A stretch of DNA of 64,000 nucleotides. Source: Octopus vulgaris (taxonomy: Eukaryota). How positions within the stretch are numbered: position 1 is the first letter of the stretch; each line of letters opens with the position of its first letter. The notes beneath the pieces were generated by a model. That model was not told where the DNA came from, did not search any database, and saw only the letters and a list, made by a program, of their open reading frames with translations. A program made the position numbers and the translations under genes. The DNA is taken from NCBI GenBank assembly GCA_951406725.2, contig OX597839.1, positions 38,688,001 through 38,752,000 of the forward strand, read 5' to 3'. Below, piece after piece: positions 49,690 through 64,000 of the stretch.

Positions 49690-50215
49690 TGTATGTATGT
49701 ATGTATGTATGTATGTATGTATGTATGTATGTATGTATGTGTGTGTGTAACAACCACGTGTGTATATAAACAAACTTACATTTCTTTTGTTGTTGTTTTT
49801 TTAGAAGTGTCAAATATGTATTGTACGATACAGATAGGAAGGTGATGTTTTCGATCGCAGCATCGCCGTTAAAACAGCAGAAATAAAGGGGTATATTAAC
49901 ATTACAAGGCAGAAGAAAAAAGGTCAACAAACAGCCATGGAAGTCGAACCCGCAACCCTCAAGACATATGCATGTGTGTGAGTGCATATATATTATGTAC
50001 GCGCATGTGTATGTGTGTGTGAGTGTGATATGGTGTGGGTGGTCCTGTATTTGTGTGAGCGGCGTGTGTGGGTGGATGTGGGTGCACGTGGGTGATGTGA
50101 CGAGCCGTGCGTAGGTATAGTGCGTGGGCGTGTGAGTGCGCGCACTTGTGGTGTGTGGATCTTGTGTAGTACTATAATATACATACATACATACATACAT
50201 ACATACATACATACA

Positions 50216-50249
<34 letters not shown>

Positions 50250-50781
50250 CACACACACACATGATGAGTGTACAGACGTCTGCTTCGTTATCTCTCGAAA
50301 GACTTTGCTGAATGTCAGTATTAACAGTATTAAAAGTTTTCTGGCTTCTAGAATGTGTATATATATGTGTGTCTGTGTGAGTATGCGTGTTTATTTGTGG
50401 ATGTATACGTAAGTACAAGTGGGTGTCTATGAGTGCGCACGTTACTATGTGTATGTAACCGTATATTAGTGTGTGTTGTATGGTGCGTGGTTACGTTCCT
50501 GATTTTGTGTGTGCGTGTGTGTGTAATATAATATATATATATACATGTATATATATGCATATATATTGGTGTGTAGGCGTGTGTAGGAGTTTGTGTTGGT
50601 TTGTAAGTGTGTATGTATGTGCGTGTGTGAGTGTTGGTGTGTGTGTGTATGTATGTGTCTGTTGCTCTGTGTATGCTGTATGATTATATGTTCGCATGTA
50701 TGTATACACGTGAGTTTGTGTTGTGTCGTGTGACTATGCGTGGGCGTTGTCTTCATGTGTATGTCTGTGTGTATATATATG

Positions 50782-50824
<43 letters not shown>

Positions 50825-50947
50825 TTGAGTGGGTATGGTATGTGTGGGTGGTGTGTATGTGTAGCTGTGTGGTTTGTAGTGTGTGTGTGTGTGTGTGTGT
50901 ATGGTATGTGTGGGTGGTGTGTGTGCGTGCGTGTGTGTGTATGTATG

Positions 50948-50980
<33 letters not shown>

Positions 50981-51572
50981 GTATGTATGTATGTATGTAT
51001 GCATATTTAAAAGTCATTGTGAAAATTATTTGATACAGTTTTACCAAGTATAAAAAATTTCTTTAAGAAAAATTACTTTATGAAAATTAGCAAATTCTTT
51101 ATCAAAATGTCACTAATCTTCTTGGAAGAAGTTTCTCTCCAGAGTGCGTGAGCGATTTCCATTATCTTTAGACATTATCGCCTATAATCGCCGCCTGCCC
51201 ACGAACTAGTAAAGCACATACCTTGTGTATGCGTGTTCGATATTGTTTATATCCTTCGGGCTGCTTCTTATTCAAATCTGAATACACACACACACACATG
51301 ATTTTCTGGACATTGATTATCTGGAATCTCTTATAATCTGCAGTGATTTAAGAGCAGGAACTTGAAATATATATACTGCGTGAGCATTTTTGGCCATGGG
51401 AAAATAGTACGCTTGCTTGGAAACAGGCGAGTGTTGGAGACAGGAAGGGCATCCGGCCACAGAAAATCTACCTTAATAAAAACACTCCATGTGACCTATG
51501 CACGTATGGAAAAGTGGACGAAGTTGAAATGATGATATATATATTATATATATACTTATATATATATATAAT

Positions 51573-51603
<31 letters not shown>

Positions 51604-51846
51604 ATTATACATACATACACACATATATATGCAAACACATGTTGCATTCAAACTTCTCCCTTTTATATATTAATTATAGCATATTGAAACGGGAATGTGT
51701 GCAGTTAGAGAAAAAGAAAGAGAGAAAAAGGGAGAGGGAGAAAGAGAGGAGGAGAGGGAGAGAGAGAAAGGGAGAGAGGTACTGAATAAAAGGCAAGTTT
51801 GAATATGGAGAACATTGAACACACACACACACACGTATATATATGT

Positions 51847-51911
<65 letters not shown>

Positions 51912-52497
51912 AACCGCACCAAATGCAAACACACAGCAACAGACACAAAAGCATGCGAACGTACAACAATCGTGACTAACGAAGCGCGCAAATACGCCAG
52001 CGGTGCACCGTCTTAAGCGAAGCCAGCTAACACGCTGTTCACTGATTGGGCAGAAACTGACAGAAAAACGGCCTCAAACGTCGGCCATTTTTGAACGCAT
52101 CATAAACGAAAGCATATTCTAAGTTAATAAGATAAGTCACGAAAGCTGGCCGCCGTCTTTAGATCGAATTCACGTACAAGTAGTCTTGCTGCTTTGCAAT
52201 AGAGTTTTAAGACAATAGAGAAGATGCTTGTCTTTAACGAGCTTAATTTTGATCTTTCTTGCTTATATTTCTGTAATATTTTTGTATCTGCTGGATTTAA
52301 ATAATGTTTCGTATTTTGTTTTGTTTCATTTTATTTTATTTTATTTATCCTTCATCCCTTTTTATTTTGGTTTCCTTGTTTTGTTTTGTTGTTGTTGCCT
52401 TTTGTATATGAGCGCATGCTGTTGAAATATCTGTGTATTTGTACACACACGCACGTGCATATTCAACTAAATAACATGCATATATAATATATGTATG

Positions 52498-52547
<50 letters not shown>

Positions 52548-52658
52548 CACACAGATATATACATGCATAAATATATACACATATATACGAATGTGCATAC
52601 ACGTATGTGTATATACTATATATTGTATATGTGTGTGTGTAGATATAAATTTATATGA

Positions 52659-52716
<58 letters not shown>

Positions 52717-53019
52717 TTATGTGTGTGTATATATACATATATAAATTTATGTGTTTGTATATATATATATATATACAAATTTATATGTGTGCATGTGTGT
52801 GTGTATATATATATATATACACACACAAACGTGCATCTACACATGCACGCGTATTCTGTAGTTAAAGTTATACGCACTCGCTCAGATATGCGCACATGAA
52901 ATCACGAATGTATACGCGTGCATGCATGCATGCGCAGGCGCATACATACGCACGCATTCAGATAGCACACACACAAGTTAAATAGTACCTAGTCACACTC
53001 GTGCCTGAGCGTGTGCCTG

Positions 53020-53123
<104 letters not shown>

Positions 53124-55214
53124 AATTTTGTTTCTCCTTATAGACACGCTTCTATTCTTCTTTTGGAAACGTTATATAACTTGAAAGTTTGGTAAAAGAT
53201 GTATGGGTGTTAGTTGTGGTGGTACTTGCTTGCTTTTTGTTGTTGTTGTTGTTGTTGTTGCATGATGTTGGGCTTATTATAAGCTTTATAGCTACACCAT
53301 CACCACCACCACTACCGCCGACCTCAGTCGCCGCCACCATCTCCACTGCTAAGTCTTTGTCGTAGCTCAGGCATGGCTCTGTGGTTAGTTAGGAAGCTTG
53401 CTTCGCAACCACGCGGTTTCAGGTTCAGTCCCAGAGTGCGGAGTACTGGGCAAGTGACTTTTCTACTATAACCTCGGAATTTGGGAGACGGAGACTGTGT
53501 GGAAGCCTGTAGAATATGCAAGCGTATTTTTATATCCTGCCACAGGTTGGTATATATAAAATTAAGCATGTGGTTTGGAAGCTAACTTCTTACCACAAAG
53601 CCACGATTTTTAATCATATTTTTGCATATGGAAAATCATATTTTAATATACTCTTTTACTTGTTTCAGTCATTTGACTGCGGCCATGCTGGAGCACCGCC
53701 TTTAGTCGAGCAAATCGACCCCCAGGACTTATTGTTTGTAAGCCCAGTACTTATTCTATCGGCCTCTTTTGCCGAACCGCTAAGTGACGGGGACGTAAAC
53801 ACACCAGCATCGGTTGTCAAGCAATGCTAGGGGGACAAACACAGACACACAAACACACACATACATACATATATACATACATATATATACATATATACAA
53901 CAGGCTTCTTTCAGTTTCCGTCTACCAAATCCACTCACAAGGCATTGGTCGGCCCGGGGCTATAGCAGAAGACACTTGCCCAAGATGCCACGCAGTGGGA
54001 CTGAACCCGGAACCATGTGGTTGGTTAGCAAGCTACTTACCACACAGCCACTCCTGCGCCTATATATATCTAAATATTTTTATCTATTCAAAACCGTATT
54101 TTAATATACACGAAAAAACATTATCTGTTTGAAATCATGTCAAACTGTATTTTTTTTATATAACTGAAGTATCTTTATATTTATATACTAAAATCATATT
54201 TTTACAAATCGAAAATCAGATTATCATATATCAAAAATAATATTTTTATCTATTCAAAATCATATTTTTATTTACGCTCTATAACAGTTTTATCTATTTG
54301 AAATCATATTTTTACCTATTTCAAATCGTATCTTTACGTATTTAAAATTACATTTTTATATCTCCAAGAAAAATATTTTTATGCATTTGAAATCATATAT
54401 CCATATATTTGAAATAAAATTTTTATGTATCTGAAATAATATTTTTATATGTGCGAATTCTGCGTGAATTAGAAAACAGCGGCGAGTGATTTATAGATAT
54501 AATTTTTACGTTTCTAAAATTACATTTTTATCAAATTAATCCAACATTTCTCCCAAAGTGAAGTTGGCTAACCAGAAAGCTAACAAGAAAGCTAAAACTA
54601 CTTGCAAAAATACTCAGAACAAAGTCGAAGATTGTTAAAACGATGGTGCAGACATGGTCTTGTGATTCAGCTTGCTTTGTTGTCAATTGGTTTAGTTTAT
54701 ATAAAACCGGCGAGATGGCAGAAACGTTAGCGCGCCGGGCGAAATGTTTAGCGGTATTTCGTCTGTCGTTATGTTCTGAGTTCAAATTCCGCCGAGGTCG
54801 ACTTTGCCTTTCATCCTTTCGGGGTCGATAAATTAAGTACCAGTTACGCACTGGGGTCGATGTAATCGACTTAATACCTATGTCTGTCCTTGTTTGTCCC
54901 CTCTATGTTTAGCCCCTAGTGGGTAATAAAGAAATAGGTATTTCGTCTGTCGTTATGTTCTGAGTTCAAATTCCGCCGAGGTCGACTTTGCCTTTCATCC
55001 TTTCGGGGTCGATAAATAAAGTACCAGTTTTGCAACTGGGGTCAATGTGATTCCTTTGTCCTTGTTTGTCCCCTCTATGTTTAGCCACTTGTGGGCAGTA
55101 AAGAAATATATATAAAACCGGCTGTAAAGCGGAAGTGTGGAGAGAACACAGACACAAGCCACACACAGACACACACACACACACACATCTCTCCATCTTT
55201 TCTCTCCCTACATA

Positions 55215-55900
55215 TATCCTTTCTGTAAGTTACTTGAGGTTGTTGATTCGTTCGTCTATCTTGGAAGCTCTGTACAAAATGATTGAAATCTGGACACAGA
55301 AATACATCTGCGAATTCAAAGGGCAGCACAAGCATTTGGTGGTTTTGAGTCACGCGTTTGGCGCCAACGACATATAAGTAACAACCCAAAATTGGTTCTT
55401 TACAAATCGTTTGTCTCACTGTCCCTGTTGTAATCTTCTGAAACATGGACGTGCTATGAAAGACATTACAAATTGTTAGAACGAGTCCACCAAAAATGCC
55501 TTCGCCACATTTTAAACATTAAATGGGCTTTTTTTTTTTACTCCAGACACAGATGTCTTCGAGTTTGCATCCACCACTTCAATTAAATCAATGATTCTGA
55601 AAACCCCAATGAGATGGTGTGGTCATATTGTTCGAATGGCGGATGAACGTACACCCAAACAGCTGTTTTATGACGAGCTTGCAGGGTGAAAACACAACGG
55701 GTGTAAACCTAAAAAGAGAATTAAGGACGGCATAAGGACTACCATGAAGTCATTTGGAATGGATCCAAGGGCCATAGAAACCCTTGCTTCAAATCGAGCT
55801 GAATGGCGAACAAAAGTGTGGAGTGGAAAGAAAGCGTTTGAGGAGGTCAAGATGACATATGAAAGGCTCAAGAGAGATTTAAAGGAGAATGTTGCGATCG
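55215..55900 (+). mobile_element. Degraded RTE (BovB-like) LINE ORF C-terminus
   Basis: SETWTCYERHYKLLERVHQKCLRHILNIKW...MRWCGHIVRMADERTPKQLFYDEL...LASNRAEWRTKVWSG. A smaller related fragment lies at about 48480-48640. Confidence 0.85.
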
Positions 55901-56237
55901 AGAAGATGAATCTCAGAGACCTTTTTGTGTACACAGTTGTTTTACTGGGCTCAATCTCATTTGCGGACCCATGAAAAACGAACCTCCACCAACTATTCTG
56001 CCTTTATATCTGTGTACACCTTTCAATGCCGTGTATGCCATAAGGTCTGCAAATCTAAGGGAGGCCTCAAAAGATCCACAAAGATCAGGACTTAACTGTA
56101 AATCGGATATGCAGTCTACGTGGGTGTCTTTTCAATACATCGTCTGGTTTAAAAAGCCACATCAGATGCCATGATGAATCTATGGTGTATGTACAAGAGG
56201 TGTATGTACAGACTCTGCGTAAGTAGTAGACAACCAC

Positions 56238-56284
<47 letters not shown>

Positions 56285-56892
56285 GTGTGTATCAAACTGT
56301 TCAGATATTTTTCAACTGTTCAGATATTTTTCAACATTATTCGCTACTTTAGATTGTATTTAACAATCTAACACAACGAGGCTGCTTATAAACATCACTG
56401 CTGATTAGGACGTAAAAATCAGACAAAAATATGACCGCTTATGACATTATGGCTTGGTGACTGATGTGACATTAAAATAAAATACTGCTGCGTCCTAATC
56501 TCAACTTATATGGGTATGTTATGTTATGAATTAAGGCCCCGTAAGAACTTTGTTTTTGATTGTAACCTTATGACATAAGATAGATTCAGACATATTAAGG
56601 CTGCTTATGACGTTAACGATTGCTTATAACATTAACATATATTGCAACATATATACAGACAACACACGATAGATACATTAGCGTTGCTGATGAAGTTACT
56701 GATTGTTATGTAGCAGCAGACACCATAATAACATTAAGGTCGCTTATGAAATTTACATGACTGTAACATAAAAGACAAAGGAAGTATAATAAGGTCGCTT
56801 ATGAAGTAACATTGCGTTTGTTTGTAAAGAGATAATTAATAGAGAGAATATTTGAAGCGGAGGAGACGAACGTTTGATGTTCTTCTCTGACG

Positions 56893-58145
<1,253 letters not shown>

Positions 58146-58424
58146 TCCCATTTTGTTAGTCTATAAACATCTCAGCTTCTTTTGTCTGCGTATCCGTCTT
58201 TCTGCCTGTCCGTCTGTCTGTGTGTCCAGACATTCCCATCTCAAAGAAACAATGGTGTACTGAATAGTTCCAAACAAATTAATCGATATGTTTCTGTTAT
58301 TGATACAATTCTGATTGATCAATCAGTGATCATCATTGATTAATCAATTGCGTATGCGTATGTGATTGTGTTTGTGTATCAATGTATCTGTGTTTGTATG
58401 TGCGACCGTATAACACACACATAC

Positions 58425-58479
<55 letters not shown>

Positions 58480-59850
58480 GATGTATACGTATGCATATAT
58501 GTATACGTACATATATACATGCATCAATATATGTGTGTGTATGTAGGCATGTTTGTATGCAAACATATATACATATGGCATGTTTGTATGCAAACATATA
58601 TACATATGGGAAAGGGGTCAGTCGATTACATTGACCCCAGTACTCAACTTGTACTTCTTTTATGACCCTGAAAGGATGAAAGACAAAGTCGATCTGGGCG
58701 GAACTTGAACTCAGAACGTAGCGACGGGCGAAATGCCACTAAGCATTTCGCCCGGCGTGCTAATGATTCTTATTTCTTTATTACCCACAAGGGGCTAAAC
58801 ATAGAGGGGATAAACAAGGACTGACAAACGGATTAAGTCGATTATATCGACCACAGTGCGTAACTGGTACTTAATTTATCGCCCTCGAAAGGATGAAAGG
58901 CAAAGTCGACCTCGGCAGAATTTGAACTCAGAACGTAACGGCAGACGAAATATCTGTTTCTTTACTACCCACAAGGGACTAAACATAGAGGGGACAAACA
59001 AGGACAGACAAACGGATTAAGTCGATTACATCGACCGCAGTGCGTAACAGGTACTTAATTTATCGACCCCGAAAGGATGAAAGGCAAAGTCAACCTCGGC
59101 GGAATTTGAACTCAGAACGTAGCGGCAGACTAAATACCGCTCAGCATTTTTTCCCGGCGTGCTAACGATTCTGCCAACTCGCCGTCTTAAAGGTAACGAT
59201 AATAGTATCAACAAAAACAATAGTAGCAAAAGAGGGGAGGGGCTCCGTGCACTTGAACCGTTTGAAAGAGCAGTCAATTCTTCTTTAAATCACACCTTAC
59301 CGTCTTAAATAAGGAAGGACATATTGGACAATGTAGTCCTAGAGTTGACTAATACGGCTGCAGAGTCACGGCTGGAACGCCTTTTATCATAGGTGTGCTG
59401 GATCATAACTGACGTGGGATAAAAGAAAACAAAAGCAATAGATAAATAACCTGCATATATGTTGGAAGCACTCCGTCGGTTACGACGATGAGGGTTCCGG
59501 TTGATCCGAATCAACGGAACAGCCTGCTCGTGAAATTAACGTGTAAGTGGCTGAGCACTCCACAGACACGTGCACCCTTTACGTAGTTCTCGGGGATATT
59601 CAGCGTGACACAGAGAGTGGCAAGGCCGGCCGGCCCTTTGAAATACAGGTACAACAGAAACAGGAAGAGAGAGAGTGAGAGAAAGTTGTGGTGAAAGAGT
59701 ACGGCAGGGATCACCACCATCCCCTGCCGGAGCCTCGTGGAGCTTTTAGGTGTTTTCGGTCAATAAACACTCACAACGCCCGGTCTGGGAATCGAAACAG
59801 CGATCCTATGACCGCGAGTCCGCTGCCCTAACCACTGGGCCATTGCGCCT

Positions 59851-59924
<74 letters not shown>

Positions 59925-59927
59925 GAA

Positions 59928-59995
<68 letters not shown>

Positions 59996-60005
59996 TATAT
60001 ATATG

Positions 60006-60039
<34 letters not shown>

Positions 60040-60213
60040 TTTTATATATATACACACATACACATGCCTATATGGGTACAGGACGTCACCAACGGTTCAA
60101 ACAACGTGAAATACGTAAACAAACGAGTTGTCGGTTGTCTGTCTACTCCTCATTTTGACCATTCACCGACGATATGAGTCTTCAATGACAGTTGCGCCTC
60201 CACCATGCATATA

Positions 60214-60468
60214 TACAAGGTGGGGGGGGGGGGTTACCCAAAAGAAACTGGAATTTTGGAATATCCTTCTATTCACTTAGTTTTACATGTTTTCACTTTT
60301 ATCGCTTTCAAAATATTCTCCATTTGAAGCAATGCATCGGACCAGACGCGTTTTCCACTGTTCGAAACAGTTTTGGAACTCTTGCAAAGGGATGCTTTTT
60401 AACGTCTCCGTTGTTTTGTTCTTCACCTCTTCCACATCTGCAAAACCTTTTTCCTTTAAGAACTTTTT
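60214..60468 (-). mobile_element. Mariner transposase C-terminal fragment with 3' end
   Basis: Reverse strand KGKRFADVEEVK...QEFQNCFEQWKTRLVRCIASNGEYFE (frameshifted). Confidence 0.85.
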
Positions 60469-61045
60469 CGTTATGCGTAGGAGTGGCTATGTGGTAAGTA
60501 GCTTGCATACCAACCACATGGTTCCAGGTTCAGTCCCACCGCGTGGCACCTTGCGCAAGTGTCTTCTACTACAGCCTCGGGCCAACCAAAGCCTTGTGAG
60601 TGGATTAGGTAGTCGGAAACTGAAAGAAGCCCATCGTATATATGTATATATTTAAGTGTGTGTGTATATGTTTGCGTGTCTGTGTTTGTCCCCCCAACAT
60701 CGCTTGACAACCGATGCTGGTGTGTTTACGTCCCCGATAGAATAAGTAGTAGGCTTTCAAGGAATAAGTCCTGGGGTCGATTTGCTCGACTAAAGGCAAA
60801 ATTGTAAAAAAACAAAAACAAAAAAACAAAACACACCAAAAAAAAAAAACACTTGCCTAAGGGGCCATGAAGTGGGACTGAACTCAATCTCACGGGTTTG
60901 CATGGCTGCAAAGGGAACTCGTTAACCATAAAGAGAATTTAAAGGGTTTGTATGCTGTTAAATGCTCCGTTTACGATGTAGATGCTTCACTTTTAATATA
61001 GTCTTTGGATTAATTCACTCAACAAACAAGCACAACTCTAATACA

Positions 61046-61134
<89 letters not shown>

Positions 61135-61147
61135 GTGTGTGTGTATG

Positions 61148-61190
<43 letters not shown>

Positions 61191-61338
61191 GCATATATAT
61201 ACATGTATATGTATGTATATATGTTATGTATATGTATGTGTACAGATAGGCATGTATTTATATATGTATGCATATGTAAGTATTTATATTCATATATATG
61301 CATGTGTACATATATATATATATATGTGTGTGTGTGTG

Positions 61339-61369
<31 letters not shown>

Positions 61370-61482
61370 GTATGCATATGTAAGTATTTGTATTCATATA
61401 TATGCATGTGTACATACAGGCATATATATAGATGTATGCATATGTATGTATATATATGCATGTATATGCATGTGTACATATT

Positions 61483-61521
<39 letters not shown>

Positions 61522-61977
61522 GTATGCGTGTATGTTGTGTAACGCTCTCTAAGTATCCAAACCACGAGCTACAAAACCTTAAATCCTTAATAGGGAGTCT
61601 TAGATCTGTAACTCACACCATCGCTCCCCTCGCCCCCCTTTCACCCACCTCCACCACATTTCCCCGCCCCCCGAACCCCTCAACAAAAAAACCACAACAA
61701 GAACAATAACAAAAACAACAAGCAACCAAAAAAAAAAGAACCACTGAAAAAGCACAATCAATTCCTAAGTGACTTTATGACACCAGGAACGAGGCAACTT
61801 GCTCGCGCGATGGCCATTTTTTTTTCTCCATGATAGGAATTTTAAGAAGAGCGTTAGAGGATGGGTAGGTCGGATCACTAATGGATATCGATTAGAGGAT
61901 ATTGTATCAATATGTAGCTTACTTAATGATATCAGGTCTTGATTTCTTTTAAAACATATACATAGAATTAATCACAT

Positions 61978-62062
<85 letters not shown>

Positions 62063-62548
62063 CAACTACGCATATACGAACGCACACACTCTCCTGCTCA
62101 GATTCACTTATACACACACACACACAAAGCCATACACATACACAAAGGCACTGACACACACAAACACATACACACATAAACGCACACGCAAACACATGAA
62201 CACACACACACATATTCAAAGGCAATGACACTCACAAAGACACACACATAAACGCACACACAAACACATGAAAACACACACAAACACACACGCAAACACA
62301 CACATACACACACAAACGCACGCATACACACACTCTGAATCGCGCTTGCACTCAGTTATCCATGCACATGGACAAATCCACTCAAACACATACGTGCGTG
62401 CGTACAAATAACACACACACATACATACACCCATACACACACACACACACACACACATATACAGAATTAATCATATACATGCAAGCACTCACGCTCACAC
62501 ATTCATATATACAGACACGCATTCACGATCACACACACTTAATCACAC

Positions 62549-62598
<50 letters not shown>

Positions 62599-62784
62599 AT
62601 TCATGTAGATGGACATGCGCACGCAAACATATGCATGCATACGCACACATAATCCACACACACACACACACTCACACATGTATATTTATATAAACACATA
62701 CAACTGTAACCTTCATTTGTTAAAAAAAGGCCTCAGTCAAATGACTGAATTAGGTAAAAAGTAAAAAAAAAGTAAAGTAAAAGA

Positions 62785-63095
62785 AAAAACAAAAGACAAA
62801 GACAGGTATATGAACAGCAAGCAAGTATATTAGTTTGACGCACGGGAAAAAGGAAAAAGTCATTTATATTTCGAGCCTACGCTCTTCAGCAGAAAGGAAT
62901 AAGAGGAAATATATATCGCCATGATATATCGCTAGCCTCTAAACCTTTTTCTATTTTCTCTCCCTGTTTATTTCTGTGTTCTTTCTGTCGAAGAGTTTAG
63001 GTTCGAAACGTAAAAGACTTTCTCATTTCCCGAGCATTAAACTAATACATCATTTGTTGTCTTCGTCCTTTGTTGTTTTGTAAATTCTCACCATA
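62785..63095. mobile_element. Head-to-head inverted pair of family-2 hammerhead-bearing elements
   Basis: Minus motif 62860-62897 reads ccttt-CTGCTGA-a-gagc[gtag]gctc-GAAA-ta-ta. Plus motif 62980-63017 reads tcttt-CTGTCGA-a-gagt[ttag]gttc-GAAA-cg-ta|aaaga. Confidence 0.65.
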
Positions 63096-63134
<39 letters not shown>

Positions 63135-63409
63135 TCACAATATATATATATATATAAATAATAAATGCGCCCTTTTAAAACCTAGCCAGGCTCATGGGCC
63201 CGGTTTCCCGGTTTCAATAGCGTATGTGTTCCCCAGCTGGACGGGACGCCAGTCCATCGCAGCGTTACTCATTTTTGCCAGCTGAGTGAACTGGAGCAAC
63301 GTGAAATGAAGTGTTTTGCTCAAGAACACAACGCGTCCCCCTGTCCAGGAATCGAAACCACAATCTTACGATCGTGATGCTGACACCCTAACCACTAAAC
63401 CCCGCGCTT

Positions 63410-63856
<447 letters not shown>

Positions 63857-64000
63857 TACACATATATTCATAAATACACGCACACGCACAAATACGCGCA
63901 CCCACGTGTACTTTTCACGCCTATTTGCATATCAATGCCCTTATAAGCACTCCATAGGCAAACATTTGAAAAAGCAAAACGGTAAAAACCGAAATATTCT

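Overview
Eukaryotic, repeat-dense animal DNA. The SINE/LINE repertoire and extreme microsatellite load suggest an octopus, but that is inference. The only protein-coding gene I can support is a minus-strand mitofusin (MFN1/2, Marf-type dynamin-like GTPase). Eight coding exons from the ATG at 13884 down to 112 join in frame at canonical GT-AG sites, giving 1041 nt (347 codons); the gene runs off the left edge. A CpG-rich island at about 30.25-30.85 kb is the likely promoter and non-coding first exon. The rest is tRNA-headed SINEs (three or more modular families), RTE/CR1/Tx1-type LINE 3' fragments, mariner/Tc1/hAT/piggyBac-like MITEs, a Helitron, minisatellites and very long microsatellites. 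The most interesting signal is a set of about 10 near-complete plus several partial minimal type-I hammerhead ribozyme motifs in about six sequence families. They sit in short non-coding elements, mostly beside (TA)n, that resemble Penelope pLTRs or retrozymes. Arrangements include a tandem dimer (281-nt spacing), a 358-bp unit with a terminal direct repeat, and fold-back hairpins, and two families share a CCGACGA core variant. All ribozyme calls were made by eye and are untested. Nearly all long ORFs in the supplied track are microsatellite or repeat artefacts.
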